A stretch of 64,000 bases of DNA from the human T2T-CHM13v2.0 reference genome, Homo sapiens, in NCBI RefSeq assembly GCF_009914755.1, contig NC_060928.1; one strand, written 5' to 3'. Made by a program: the position numbers and the translations under genes. The notes below the pieces were generated by a model. The model was not told the DNA's origin, ran no database searches, and worked only from the letters and a program-made list of their open reading frames with translations. Of the stretch, positions 39,801 through 53,764 are shown one piece after another; the stretch's first letter is position 1, and the number at the start of each line of letters is the position of its first letter.

Positions 39801-40537
39801 TTCAGTATCATTAATTTTGCCCTTCTGAATTCACATTCTAGCTATCTCTTCCTTCCCATTACTGCTTAAAAGTTGGTACCCTTCATATAAATAAAAATTC
39901 ACCTTGTTTTTGGCTATATTCATTCAGGGAAATAAACACCCAAAAAGCAACATTTGCGCATCTTTGAAAATTGCTTCCGGAAATGTTTCACTATACTGGT
40001 ACCCTGGTTAGAGCTTTAAAATGGATTCTCCTGTTTCAATTTTGTTTTTATGCTGATTGACTGGAGCATATTTCAAGTCATTCATTATCCCCCACATGGA
40101 AAGCACTCTTGATACCTGATGAATTCGATCTAGCCATGAATCCAAATCCAAGAAAGAATTTAGGTCAAATTTAGGCTTCTGCTTAAAATCCTATTCCCAC
40201 AAATATGTCTTATATATCACATGAGAAATTGCCATCTATTGCCATCTATCCTAAAGTTGTATTCCCACAAATATGTCTTAGTGTTATCAATAGCCTTGAA
40301 TCAGAACTATTAATATCAGCAATATGATGACAACTTTACTGGAGAATTACAATAACTTTATGCTTTGTTTGAGTGGGTACAAGCAACCATCCACCTAGTC
40401 TTTCAAACAACATTTACTAAGAACTCATTCTGTACCAGATCCTTTGGTAAATGCTGAAGATACCAAAATGGCTCCTAGATGCTTCTTCAATTGTTCCTGT
40501 CTCCAGAATTCATCATCTGATATAGTTCAGAGTTTGG

Positions 40538-41075
40538 TGTAATAGATAGACCCTAAGGTGACTCTTCATGATTCCACCTTCTGGTATTCATGCCTTTGTA
40601 TAATTTCCTCTCCTTGAGTGCAGGCAGGAAATGTGAGCTGCTCCTAATCAATACCTTACGGCAAAGGTGATGGGATATCACTCTCTGGGATTGGGTTACG
40701 TTGCTTAAGATATCTTGTTGGCTTGATGAAGTAAGATGCCATGCTGAGGAAGCCCACATGGCAAGGAACTGCAGGCAGCCTCCAGCTGGTAGTCAGCCAA
40801 AAGTCAGGACGTGAAGTTATACAGACATAAGGAAATGAGTTTGCCAAAAATGTAAATGAGCTTAGAATTAGATTCTTCCCTCATCAAGTCCCCAGATTAA
40901 AACAAGCCTGGCCAATACCTAAATTATAGCCTTTCAAGACTCTGAGCAGAGGACCCAGTGAAGCCATACCTGCACTCCTAACCCACAGACACTGTGAGAT
41001 AATAAATATATGCTTTTGTTTTTGGCTGCTACATTTGTGGTAATTTTTGTTTTGCAGCAATAGAAAATTAATATA
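40538..41075 (+). mobile_element. MLT1E/F-like MaLR LTR
   Basis: CTGGTATTCATGCCTTTGTATAAT...CCACATGGCAAGGAACTG...GCAGCAATAGAAAATTAATA. Confidence 0.85.
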
Positions 41076-41410
41076 GTTAGCCAACGATAGCTCACAAGCC
41101 AAATCTGGCCTGCTACCTATTTCCGTATAGCCTACAAGCAAATAATGATTTTTACATTTTTAAGTGGCAAAAAATAAATCAAAAGAATGTTTTGTGACAG
41201 ATGAAAATTATGTGAAATCCAAACCAGTGTCCATAAAGTTTTATTAAAAAACAGCTACATCCATATATTTATGTATTGTCTGTGGCTGCTTATGTGCTAT
41301 AACTGCACAATTCTGTAGGTGTGACAGAGGCTATATGGATGACAAAGCCTAAGATATTCACTATCTGACCCTTTTTAGAAAAAAAAAAAATACACTGGCC
41401 TCTGGTCTAA
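41076..41410. mobile_element. MER58B-like hAT-Charlie fossil
   Basis: GCCAAATCTGGCCTGCTACCT...GAAAATTATGTGAAAT...AAAGCCTAAGATATTCACTATCTGACCCTTT. Confidence 0.8.
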
Positions 41411-41488
41411 GAGAAAGGACAGATATATCAACAGATAAATTACAAGCCAGCCTGGGAAAAAGCTCAGAAGAAGAGGCATGGAAGCTAA

Positions 41489-41848
<360 letters not shown>

Positions 41849-43453
41849 ACAAGGGAGAAATTGAAAGTGGAAAAATCATGGAGATATGTAAGGCCTCAGT
41901 CATCAGAAAGTGGTAGAAATGCCCAAAAGGTGGGAATTCTGCCCATCATTTTACAACCCCATAAAACTTCTGACCCCCTGATTGAGTGGCATTGGATCGG
42001 ACTGAAGCTTTGGGAAAATTATTGCACATAATAAGATCTGCAATTTAATCCATATTTCTAAACTGTTCTTGTGGTTTGCCTAGGATTCTTGGCCAAATCA
42101 TGTCACATGTGCTGCTCCTGCCTAAATGAGTTTGATAATGATGCTGCATTCCATTTCCAAATGCCATAAAACCCACAAATGTATTGCACTGCTGCGTTTG
42201 GTTGTTTTTGGTTTTTTGAGGATTTTTTTTTTTTTGGAGGCGGGGGGCTTCTCTACAGCTTAGTTGCTGCAGATCATACTCGCTGCTGAGTTACTGAAAA
42301 GATTTAGTTTCACCTCATGCTTCTGCTCTGCTTCTATCTCTTCCAATACTCAAGTCAGTTCTATTGCAGGTGTCACTGAAGTTTGCAAAAAAAAAAAAAA
42401 ACAACATCTGGGGAAGATCAGCTAGCTGCCTCCAAGAGCTCTCACAAGGTGAACTTGTCAGAATCTGGCCCTCAGCTTCTCAAGTCTAGAATCTCCACCT
42501 CATTAGAGCTTTGTGACTATATCATCCTAAGTGTCATCGTTATTATCACCATGGTACTCTAAGACTTTAACAGGGGGTGTGGCATTGAGGGCCCCTACAC
42601 AAAATGACCCCAAACCATAGTATATTCTGTGACTGCATCTGACATTGTTTTTTCTCTCTTTAATGTAATTGGAGTGTGTGGGCATCTCTCCCTTCTCTTG
42701 ACTGCCTTCCAGTAGAATCCACACTGCCCATTTCTAAATTATGAAGAGCTTTAAGAAAAAAAAAGATAACATAGGTCTTTAAATTATGTGTAAAACAACA
42801 ATCTGTAGGCAAAGAGTGAGGGTCTAAAGCATTCTTTAATTACTTAAACTATACAAATTTACTGTATACAATTGATGCCCCCTCTTTTGACTGCTCAGAA
42901 ACTGTTTGTTCTACTGCCTAGATGTCAATTGCATTCCAGGTAGCCGAGTTCAACAGAAGTTAGGAGTTACCGCTCTGATCTTGAAATACTTAGGGGCAAT
43001 AGAGATGCATGCCAAGAAAAAAACAAAACTCTATCACAAAAAGTATTCATATTCACTCTGTACATATAGGTTTACAGATCAATTTATCTACATTACATAT
43101 ATTGTAAGAATTTCTAATCAATGTTCTATAACTTAAACCTAAGTTTGAGAAATTCAGCAAATTGAAGAAACCAATAAATGGCCCCTTCCTGCTGGTGCTC
43201 TATGGCATTTCCAAAAGCTCAGCAGTTACACAAGCAGAAGAAACCCACAGGCCAAAAATCATGGCTGTCCAGTTGCCAGAGTGTCCACAGGTGGTGACCC
43301 TCTCACTTTCTCCCCACTCTTCCCTGAGGCCCAGCACAGCTGAACTGCCCTGGCACAGGAGACAGGAACTAACAAGATCTTACTAATTAGTTGAAAAATA
43401 TGTTTAGTAGGAAAGAAAAAGGAGCACGAAATTCTGTTTGAGCAATTATAGAA

Positions 43454-43565
43454 ACAGTGATCAACTGTCCTGGTTTTCCCAGGACTAGGGGGCTTCCAGG
43501 AATACCGAACTTTTACTGCCAAAGCCAGAAAAGATCCAGGCACACTGGGATAAGTAGGCAACCCT
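43454..43565. mobile_element. MER81-like hAT-Blackjack MITE
   Basis: GTGATCAACTGTCCTGGTTTTCCCAGGACT...GGCAACCCTA, about 110 bp with palindromic ends. Confidence 0.7.
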
Positions 43566-43957
43566 ATATATTATATTAATTGTAGCTACAGTTTTTTTTT
43601 TTTAAAAGCCATAGTCTACTAAAAAGGAAAAAGAAAAATGATTTTCTAGAAAAAGTAAAAACAGAAAGACACATTAAGATGCTCCTGACCACTACACTGA
43701 TTGAAAAGGTTTATCAATGAATATCAGTTACTGCTGCCTGTTTCTTCTGTACTTTCCAAGCATTCCTCTCCCCTGAATTTTCTCCCTAAGTCTACGTCTT
43801 TCCCATTCTAAAATATGAATCTCCCTTACCAGTGGTGTCTGTAATTTAAAATACTCCAGCATAAAAAGTGTAACACACGCATGTGTTCAGCTAAGTTGCA
43901 CTCTAGGGCTCACACTTCTGGGGAAGTTACTACAAGCCCTTCTGTTATTCCTATCTC

Positions 43958-44371
43958 AACATATCAGTCCATTTGTGCTGCCGTAACAAAACACCTGAGA
44001 CTGAGTAATTGTTAAACAATAGAAATTTATTTCTCACAGTTCTGGAGGCTGGGAAGTCCAAAACCAAGGTGCCAGCAGGTTGGATGTCTGGTGAGGGCCT
44101 GCTCTGTGCTTCCAATATGGTACCTTGTTGCTACATCGCATCCTCACATGGCAGAAGGGATAAATGTCATGAACGGCATAGTGGAAGGGCAAACAAGGAG
44201 CTAGCTAGCACCCTTCAATCTCCTTTTTAGTGGAACTAATCCCATTCACGAGGGCACAGCCATCATGATCTAATCACCTGCTAAAGACCCCACACCTCTT
44301 AATACCATCAACTTGGGGTGTAAGTGCCAACATGTAAATTTAGGAAGGATACATGCATTCAAACCAAAGCA
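43958..44371 (-). mobile_element. MSTD-like MaLR LTR
   Basis: GTCCATTTGTGCTGCCGTAACAAAACACCTGAGACTGAGTAATT...CATTCAAACCAAAGCA. Confidence 0.85.
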
Positions 44372-44536
44372 CTCAGATAACACCAGAAGCTTTGATAATT
44401 AACATAATAAGGGTCAGAAATGAGCTTTAACTGGTAAAAAATAGTGGTTTAATTAGCATCATGGATATTAGAAATGGTCTCTCACCAGTGAAATTTATGG
44501 TATTCAAGAAGACGTGAGTTGCCTTACACTTTTCAG

Positions 44537-44995
44537 CCATCTTAGTTTCCTAGGGTTGCCATAACAAAATATCACAAATTGGTACTTTGGGTGGCTTAAA
44601 CCAGCAGAAACTTACTCTTTCACGGTTCTGGAGGCTAGAAGCCTGAAATCAAGGTGTTGACAGAGCTATGCTCCCTCTGAAGGCAATTGATAAGACTCCC
44701 TAACTTCTTCCTAGTGTCTGGTAGTTCCTGGCAATTCGTGTTCGTTGGCATATAGCTGAATCATCCCAATCTCCACCTCTGTCTTTACATGCCTTCTCTC
44801 GTGTCTGTCTTTATGCGGTCTTCTTATAAGGATACCAGTCATTGTGTTTATGTCTCACCCTAATCAAATATAACCTTATCTTATATAATTACTTCTGCAA
44901 AACCTATTTCCAAATAAGGTCACATTCTGAGGTTCTGGGTAGATGTGAATTTTGGTGAGGTGTTAGGAGGAGGAGACACTATTCAACCCAGTACA
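44537..44995 (-). mobile_element. MLT1B/C-like MaLR LTR
   Basis: TTAGTTTCCTAGGGTTGCCATAACAAA...CCTATTTCCAAATAAGGTCACATTCTGAGG...ATTCAACCCAGTACA. Confidence 0.85.
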
Positions 44996-45096
44996 CTGTC
45001 CATGCTTGAAGAGCGTATAAGATTATTTAAAAAAATAAAACCCAAATTTTAGAAATGGTACACGAGATCTGATTTCTAACAGTGTCCGGCCATTTG

Positions 45097-45174
45097 GTTG
45101 CCTGGTAACAATGAGATGGCAATGTATCTCTAGAATACTTACTGAGTCAGCCTCAAATGAACGTGCCATCAAAG
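45097..45174. promoter_or_regulatory. Candidate enhancer motif cluster (RFX, AP-1, TCF/LEF)
   Basis: GTTGCCTGGTAAC 45097-45109, TGAGTCA 45143-45149, ATCAAAG 45168-45174. Confidence 0.4.
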
Positions 45175-45469
45175 TGAAGATCAGATCCCCAGAAAGGTCA
45201 GAAAGTTGGGAATTTGTGATGCTTTTGGAACATTTGAATGTATTGTTTGCCCGCTAAATAATGTATACGTGAATACATGTACGTATGTGTGTCAGAATTT
45301 GGCCTGAGACTTGTTTTCATTATAACCTGGCAATGAGATTATAAGAGAACAGTTGTCACCCTCAAACACCCCCAATATTTTGTTGGTTACTGTTATTAAT
45401 TAAAAAGGACCAGGGAGTTGGGCATGACCAAATTCCTGTGAGTTTTCTGCAACACCCTTTAGCCCCACT

Positions 45470-46785
45470 TCCCTCCCTCTTCTCCCCGCCTCAGTCAAAC
45501 TTTTAGAAATAATAATCTACACTCTCTTATCTGCACTTTTGCCTTTTCTATTCACTCCTCAACCCACTGAAATGTGTGCTTTCAATCCTTCTCTTAGGGA
45601 CTGCAGCAACATTGGATTGAGGATTCCAATCAGCTGAGGATTTATTTCTTCATGCAACCCTCTCTTTTCTTGGCTTCCCTGACACCACTTTCTTCCTAAC
45701 CTCTTACTTCTCAGAGTATTACTCCTTGGTATCTTTCAACAGTTCTCTCTCCATCTGCCCTGTCTCTGTATTTCTGAGGGCAAAATTCTAAATTCACTGC
45801 TATTTCCATTCTCCCTGGATAAACTAATATTCTCTTCTAGTTTTCATCCACTACTCTAACTGATGACTCTAAAATTATGTTTCTCTAAGCTTCAGAGACA
45901 CTTAGACAAATGCCTACTGAATGTCTCTACCTGAATAACCCATGGCCAGCTCAAACCAGCTTGCTTGACTTGATCTCATCTATTTCTGCCAATATCTCTT
46001 ATTCCTCTTGGGTGGACCTCAGGTAATGGCTGCACCAGATGCCCCATCATACAAGGCAGAAACTTGACCACTCCCTCTCTTTTCCCACTCACATCCAAAT
46101 AGTCACTAAGTCCTCAGCTCCAGCAATTATCCTCCATCCCACTACAAAGGTTCTAGCCTAGATACTCATCAGTTCTCACTTTGTGCTACTGCAGAAGTCT
46201 ATCCTTCTATACCACTCACTTGCTTACAGCCCTGCAATAACCCAGCTCCCTTCCTGAGAGCGGAATTTCTCAACCTCAATACTATGACATTTGGAGGCAG
46301 AAAATTCTTTGTTGTGGCTATTTTTGCCTTGTAAGATGTTTAGCCACACCCCTGGCCTCCACCCACTAGATGCCAGTAATACTCCCTAAGTTGTGACAAT
46401 CAAAAATGTCTCCAGACATTGCCAGATGTTCCCTAGGGGGGTCAAAATCACCACCTCTTGAGCATCACCAACCTAGAAAACAAAGACCAAGCTCTGTAAT
46501 GTAGCCAAAATGGCCCTTCATCAGCTGGTCCCTGGCTACTAGTCCCACACCTTCTCCCCCCTCTACCTGTGGTGTGCCTGATGCCCTATAAAACTCTTTA
46601 TGATTATGTCTAACATATTGCAGCATAATTAATTCTGTATATATCTGCTTTTCCCATGAACCATGAGCTCCTTGAGTGTGGAGGACCCTCAGGTATTCCT
46701 CTGTATATGCAAACTGCATAACAAGTGTAGTGCCTGCCAATTAGTAGACATTTAATGTCTGTTGGATAGGTAAACAAATCAATTG
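45470..46785 (+). mobile_element. L2 (long, fragmented)
   Basis: CTTGGCTTCCCTGACACCAC...TGCCTACTGAATGTCTCTACCTGAAT...TAGTAGACATTTAATGTCTGTTGGATAGGT. Confidence 0.75.
46258..46470. mobile_element. MER20 (hAT-Charlie) inserted in L2
   Basis: TTTCTCAACCTCAATACTATGACATTTGG...GTGACAATCAAAAATGTCTCCAGACATTGCCAGATGT. Confidence 0.88.
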
Positions 46786-47304
46786 AAGAGGACTTGGAAA
46801 CAAACAAAAAAAAACTCTAGCTTTGGTGTCTATTATTGCCACATCTCTGAAAAATTACAACCATATACTTTCCTTTTCAACTTTTGAGCACTGTTAACCA
46901 AGAGAATTTTTCTGTTACTCTCTGTTTCATGATGTACACCTAATTTTCCCAGTTAGAGGGTAAGATCCTTTAAAATGAAGATTTTTGTTTTAAACTTCTT
47001 TCCTAAATCTCATATCCTTCAATACAGTGCTGACCCCATAATGTAGCTTAACATAGACTTTGAGAAATACAGTGACTCTCTGTAAAAACTTCACTCATGG
47101 AAGAGAAGCCTGGGTAGGATGGTAATTAAACACATGGATTGCAGAGTTCCACAACCTAAATTCCAATCCAGCCTTTTTCCACCTCTTACTAGCTCTATAA
47201 TCACTCACTTAATATATCTAAGCTTGTGTTTCCTCATGGGGAAAAATGAATAAAGTAATAATATTTACTTCATTTATTCAAAATAATTTATTGATTATCT
47301 ATTA

Positions 47305-47664
<360 letters not shown>

Positions 47665-48442
47665 TCATTTGAACTAATATTTTAACAGATAGAGACAGAA
47701 AATGAATATGTAGTAGTTACATAATATAACTCCAGACAATGGTAAGTGCTCCAAAGAAAATATACTAGGGCATTTAGTGGGATAATCTTAGAAAAAAATT
47801 TCAAGAAAAATGTCATTGAGGAAATGAAATTTGGTCTCCTAAACACAGAAGGTTGCCATGAAGATAAAATGAAGTAAATGCATGTAAAATGCTGAATACA
47901 GTGAATATTCATAAAATTGGAAATATCCTATAAATATTTAGTAGTGCTATTACAGGGAACACTCACTAGAGAGAACTATCATTTGTTGAGTACTTGCTGT
48001 GTGCCAGGCATTTGGCCATCATTTTATTGTAATTTTCACTTAATCCTCCCAACAAAAACAACCTTGAAGAACAGTATTATTGGCTCCATTTTACAAGACC
48101 AAGGCTCAGAGAGCAACTGGCCCTGGGGTCACACAGCTTGTGAGTGGTGGAGCCATGCGGGTCCCTCCAACCTCAAATCCGTGGGTATTTTTGTCTTTTT
48201 TTCTGTTAAACCATGCTGCCACTTTCTTCATACTGACTTCCCTCAAAGACAAAGAAAGAATGGCTCAGTAGTTGAAGATCAATAAGTAGGAGGAGGGAAG
48301 GAGAAGGATCCATACGAAGTTCGAAGTTCGTGGTTCACAATTTGGAGTCAAAAGCGCTAGCAGGCTACAGAATAAGCAGGCGCCTCACATCAAGGGGAAA
48401 TTCTTCAGAACTGTTTTCAGGGACAGCCTAGCTTTCTACTCC

Positions 48443-48515
48443 ATCGTGGGGATTCCAGCCTCTGAGATTCTCGTGAAATCGTGGGGATTCCAGCCCCTGA
48501 GATTCCCATGAAATC
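48443..48515 (+). repeat. 35-bp tandem duplication
   Basis: ATCGTGGGGATTCCAGCCYCTGAGATTCYCRTGAA x2, 3 substitutions. Confidence 0.9.
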
Positions 48516-49135
48516 AAAGCTCAAAGTGACACCTCATAGCCATGAAACAGAACTGGCAGAAACACTTCCTCAAGGTCCCCTCAGGGCAGAAGCAGGTAGA
48601 AAAATTCACTCTGTGAACACAACAGAAGATTTTGTTTTCTGTAAACACCATTCTGGTTTCTCCCGCCTGATATCCCAAAGAATCTGCCCAGATAATCAGG
48701 TAAAGGATCCCACAAGCCTCTTTTGGCAATCTGGCATGTGGGAATGCACAGAGAATTCAATCAACGTCATATCTTACGGATCCAGCAGCAATAGAGACCC
48801 CCAGGGCAAGAAACCCTGACTGAAAAAGGAAAGAAAATGGAAGGCGAGCTCTATTCTGAGGATAAATTAACAACCTGCATGGTGAACACAACCAGTCCAC
48901 ACTAACTTTGGAAACAAGAAAACCTGGAGAATGAACTCCAAATGGTTCACTCTGTCACCCACCAAACATTCATTAAGCATTAATATTGTGTCAAGATAAG
49001 AAGGAAGACATCACACTCTATTATTGCTCACACTTTTAACTTACTTATCTCTATTTGCTATGTGGCCAAGAGTAAACACAATTTTATGATATTTATTGTA
49101 AGAATACATCCCTGCATATTTCAAATTAAAATAAA

Positions 49136-49347
49136 CAGTGATGTGCTGGTGAAGGTTTACCAGCTCTCCAGGAAGGATTATCCATGGAAGGCCTGATATA
49201 TAGCATTTGCCAATTTCCATGGTGTAAATATTTCCACCATGGCCAGTTTTGAGCTCCCAGTGTGAAGTCACTAAAATGAGGCGATGGGAAGTGTTGCCCA
49301 CAGTCAGCTCTCAGGAGCCAGTGCAAGTCAGCTCCAGCACACCACTG
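49136..49347 (-). mobile_element. MER63-like hAT-Blackjack MITE
   Basis: TIRs CAGTGATGTGCTGG / CCAGCACACCACTG; internal TTTGCCAATTTCCATGGTGTAAATA. Confidence 0.8.
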
Positions 49348-49559
49348 AGAAAAGTTTTTTACTATTGAAGTGCCCTTCGTACAAGCTTGCAAAGAAGTAA
49401 AACTTTGTCAGCAAATTCCAAATTAGGAAGAAAGCATAGTGCAACAGAAAAAGCACAAAATGAAGTTTAGGAATCCTTGAGTTCTAGTCTTAGCTCTGCC
49501 TCTAATATGATCTTGGGTTAGTCATTTTTCCCACTCCAAGCCCAAGTGTCTCATGTCTA

Positions 49560-49851
<292 letters not shown>

Positions 49852-49870
49852 GACGGGATTTGGACTAGAT

Positions 49871-50059
49871 CAGTAGTTTTCAATCATGGCTATACATCCA
49901 AATCACCATGGAATTTTCTTTTTAAACTACAGCTGCCTGGACTCCACCTTCCAGGAGGAATTATTCTGAGGGTTTGGAGCAGACTCAAGATCTGTCTTTA
50001 AAAAAAAAAAAAAAATCCGCAGGTAATTTTTGTGTATAAGGAAAGCTGAAGAAGCACTG
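49871..50059. mobile_element. MER5A/B hAT-Charlie fossil
   Basis: CAGTAGTTTTCAA...AATCACC...CAGGTAATTTT...GAAGCACTG. Confidence 0.65.
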
Positions 50060-50093
50060 AGCCGCTTTAAGGCCCCACCTGAACTTAACCTAG

Positions 50094-50636
50094 TGCAGCA
50101 AACAGACTGTAGGTGACCCCAGTGATCCCTAGCTCCTGGTGGTGGAGTCCTTGTGTAATCTCCCCTTGGAGGTAGGTGGGACCTGTGACTTGCTTCCAAA
50201 GGGTACAATATGGTAAACATAATATGATTGTCATATCATATGAGACCCCATCTTGCAGGCAGACTTGCTCTACAAATTCACTCTCCTGCCAGCCTGGGAG
50301 AAACAGCTCCCAAGCTGTGAACTGTGGGAGACTCTAGATGCTGACAGCAGCCTCCAGCCAACAGCCAGCAAAAAGCTGGAGTTCCCAGTCCTGCAACCAC
50401 AAAGAAATGAGCACTGCCAACAACATGAGTGAATTTGGAAGATTCCTCTCTGGCTCAGCCACTGGAAGAGAATGTAGCCCAGCTGACATCTCAATTGCAG
50501 TTTCATGAGACCCTGGATTAGAGAACCCAGCTCAGTCCCGCCTGGGTTCCTGACCCATAGATACTGGGAGATAAAAATTATGTTTTCATCTGCTAAGTGT
50601 GTGATAATTTGTCATGCAGCCTGAAAAACCAATACT
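50094..50636 (+). mobile_element. MLT1E/F-like MaLR LTR
   Basis: GGGACCTGTGACTTGCTTC...CAGCCAACAGCCAGCAA...CTGACCCATAGATACTGGGAGATA. Confidence 0.8.
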
Positions 50637-50984
50637 TTCAGAAACAGTAGAACCTAACTCAACTAGAAGTGCTGGGGCACCTGAGGACACAGATTCACAA
50701 CTCCTTTTTCAGGCTTTCTCCAGGGTGTCAGTTCATTGCATGGAATGACTGGCATGATTGCTCACACTTTTTTATTTTTTTATTTTTTTCTTGACCCCTA
50801 GGGTTACATTTTATTGAGTTAAATGTGTAGATGATGTGACTTTACTATAAAATTATACTCTAGAGTTCGTAAAGCTTGTTTCTTAATGTTTACCATATCC
50901 CTGTGTGGTATTATTGTTGTATTAGTTTTCTATTGATAAATAGCAAATTACCACAAAACTTAGAGGCTTAAAAAGACACATTTA

Positions 50985-51815
50985 CTCAAAAGAGCCAAGA
51001 GATGGAAGCAACCCAAATGTCCAAAGATGGATGAATGGGCAAACCAAATGTGGTCTATATACAGTCAATGGAATGTTATTCAGTCCTAAAAAGGAAAGAA
51101 ATTATGACGCATGCTACAGCTTGGATGAATCTTGAAGACATTATGCTCAGTGAAATAAGCCAGTCACAGACAAATACCTTATGATTCCACTTTTATGAAG
51201 CACCTCAAGTTAGTCAAGTTCATAGGAACAGAAAGCAGGATGGTGGTGGCCAGCAGTGATGGGGAGGGACAATGGGAAGTTGTTTAATGGGTACAAAGCT
51301 TCAGTTTGGAAAGATAAAAATGTTCCAGAGATTGGTTGCCCAGAAATGTGCAATATTTAACACTATTGAACAGTACACTTAAAAATAATTAAGATAGTAA
51401 TTTTAAAATTATGTGTGTTTACCACTGATATGGTTTGGCTGTGTCCCCACCCAAATCTCATCTTGAATTGTAATTCCCACAATTCCCACATGTGGGAGGG
51501 ACCCAGTGGGAGGTAATTGAGTCATGGGGGTGGGCCTTTCCCATGCTGTTCTCGTGATAGTGATAAGTCTCAGGAGATCTGATGGTTTTATAAAGGGGAG
51601 TTATCCTGCACACACTTTTCTTGCCTGCCACCATGTTAGATGTGACTTTGCTCCTCATTCACCTTCCACCATGCTTGTGAAGCCTCCCCAGTCATGTGGA
51701 ACTGTGAGTCAATTAAACCTCTCTTCTTTATAAATTACCCAGTCTCAGGTATGTCTTTATTAGCAGCTTGAGAACAGACTAATACAACCACAATTAATTT
51801 TTTAATTTAATTACC
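50985..51815 (+). mobile_element. L1MB 3' end (interrupted by THE1)
   Basis: GGAAGCAACCCAAATGTCC...CATTATGCTCAGTGAAATAAGCCAGTCAC...TACACTTAAAAAT; TSD ending ACACATTTA. Confidence 0.85.
51426..51786 (+). mobile_element. THE1 (C/D-like) solo LTR
   Basis: TGATATGGTTTGGCTGTGTCCCCACCCAAATCTCATCTTG...GACTAATACA; perfect TSD ACCAC. Confidence 0.93.
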
Positions 51816-52494
51816 AAAAACCCACACATTTACCATCTCATAGCTTCCATGGGTCAGGATTCCAGGCCTAGTTTAGTTCAGAGTCTCATAAGACTGAAAT
51901 TGAGGTGGAAGTCAAGCTACCTTTTCATCTGGAGGCTCAGCCGGGGAAGAATCCGCCTCCAAGTTCATTCAGGTTGTTGGCAGAATTCATTTACCTGGGG
52001 CTCTACGAGTGTGGCCTCTGTTTTCCTGACAGCTGTTGGATGGGCTGCTCTCAGCTCCTAGGGCCTGCCCTCAGGTCCTTGCCATGTGGCCCTCTCCACA
52101 GGACTCTCATAACACAGCAGTTTACTTCTTCAAAGCCAGTAAGGACAGCCATCTCTTTTCAAGCTGCTAAGAAACAGTCTTCTACACTGTAACCTCTACA
52201 GTCATCTTTGCCAGATTCTGTTGGTTAGAAGCAATTCACAGGCTCCTTCCACATTTAAGCAGAGGGAATTATGCAGGTTTGTGACTCACTGGGAGTCACT
52301 TTAAGGTGTGTCAGCCACCACTGCCAACCTCATGTTTTAGATGAGAAAACTGATGCTGAGCAAGGTTGTGTGACATATCCAAGGTCACACAGTCAGTGGC
52401 AGGCTGAACTAAGACCTCTAGCTATGGAGTTCTGAATGTAATTTTCAGGCTCCATTCATTCCATGTGCTCAGAAACCTTAAAAGATAAACTTAG

Positions 52495-52643
52495 AGAGAG
52501 GGCCAAAACACTATCTATTGGGTACTATGCTTATTACCTGAGTGACAAAATAATCTGTACACCAAACCCCCATGACATGCAATTTACCTCTATAACAAAC
52601 CTGCATGTGTACCCCTGAACCTAAGATAAAAGTTAAAAAAAAA
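52495..52643 (+). mobile_element. Short 5'-truncated L1PA15/16-like 3' end
   Basis: TATTGGGTACTATGCTTATTACCTG...ACAAACCTGCATGTGTACCCCTGAAC; 16-bp TSD TAAAAGATAAACTTAG. Confidence 0.9.
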
Positions 52644-52679
52644 TAAAAGATAAACTTAGGCACAATAAAATTTTAATCA

Positions 52680-53013
<334 letters not shown>

Positions 53014-53691
53014 TCATAAATCGGGCAGCTCCAGACCCCAAGTGGTTCAGTGCTCCGAAGGAGAGGGGAAGAGTGAGAGAGAAACTTTTAGAAGGTGTTC
53101 AAGGAAGCCTGACAAAGAAAATATATTTGATCAGTTAAAGTGGAAAGTCCCTACATAGAGATTAGTTGGCATTTTCTCATTGTTGAAGACTCTAGCTAGA
53201 GTTTAGTTAGTGGTTTCTAACTGGTTAAGCTTAAATTTAGTTTTACTGCTAACACTGGGCTTTGGGTTTGCTTACCCAGAAACCAGAAGCACTAGAGGTG
53301 CCTCAGCCTAATGGCTTCTCAATTAAATGTGTTTTACCAGGGTTAATAGGCACTCCTGGAATGGGATTGGAGCAGCCAATCTCCTTTTGCTAATGGCAGC
53401 AAAGATGCCCAAACTTTAAGAACTAGCTCTCAAACCTCAGCAGCAAACTGGCTAGATTACACGGTTTCTGTGCTTCTCTTCCTTATCCCTGAGCTCTGTG
53501 TCGGTAATCAGGACTTCAGGAACCTAAGATGAAGTCCAATCAGCAATCTTATCCATAAAACACATTGAGAAATGTAAGTTATATTTTACCTCCAAAGAAA
53601 AAGATAGTCACTTTTAAAATGAATGCATGTTTAGTCAATTTTTTAAAAGGAACCTCTGCACTCTGGTGTGTCAAAAATCATTTCTCTTAGA

Positions 53692-53764
53692 CCAAGATCG
53701 TGCCACTGCACTCCAGCCTGGGCAACAAGAGCGAAACTCCATCTCAAAAAAAAAAAAAAAAAAA
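53692..53764 (+). mobile_element. Severely 5'-truncated Alu (Sq/Sp-like 3' end)
   Basis: CCAAGATCGTGCCACTGCACTCCAGCCTGGGCAACAAGAGCG plus poly-A; TSD TTCTCTTAGA. Confidence 0.92.

Larger units (their letters stand above)
50919..52320 (-). mobile_element. MLT1 LTR split by nested L1MB and THE1 insertions
   Basis: TGTATTAGTTTTCTATTG...ACACATTTA resumes as CCATCTCATAGCTTCCATGGGTCAGGA...TTGTTGGCAGAATTCA. Confidence 0.8.

Noticed and set aside
48443-48515. 35-bp repeats as a CRISPR-like array
   Set aside because: Only two abutting copies, no spacers or cas genes, and the DNA is mammalian.
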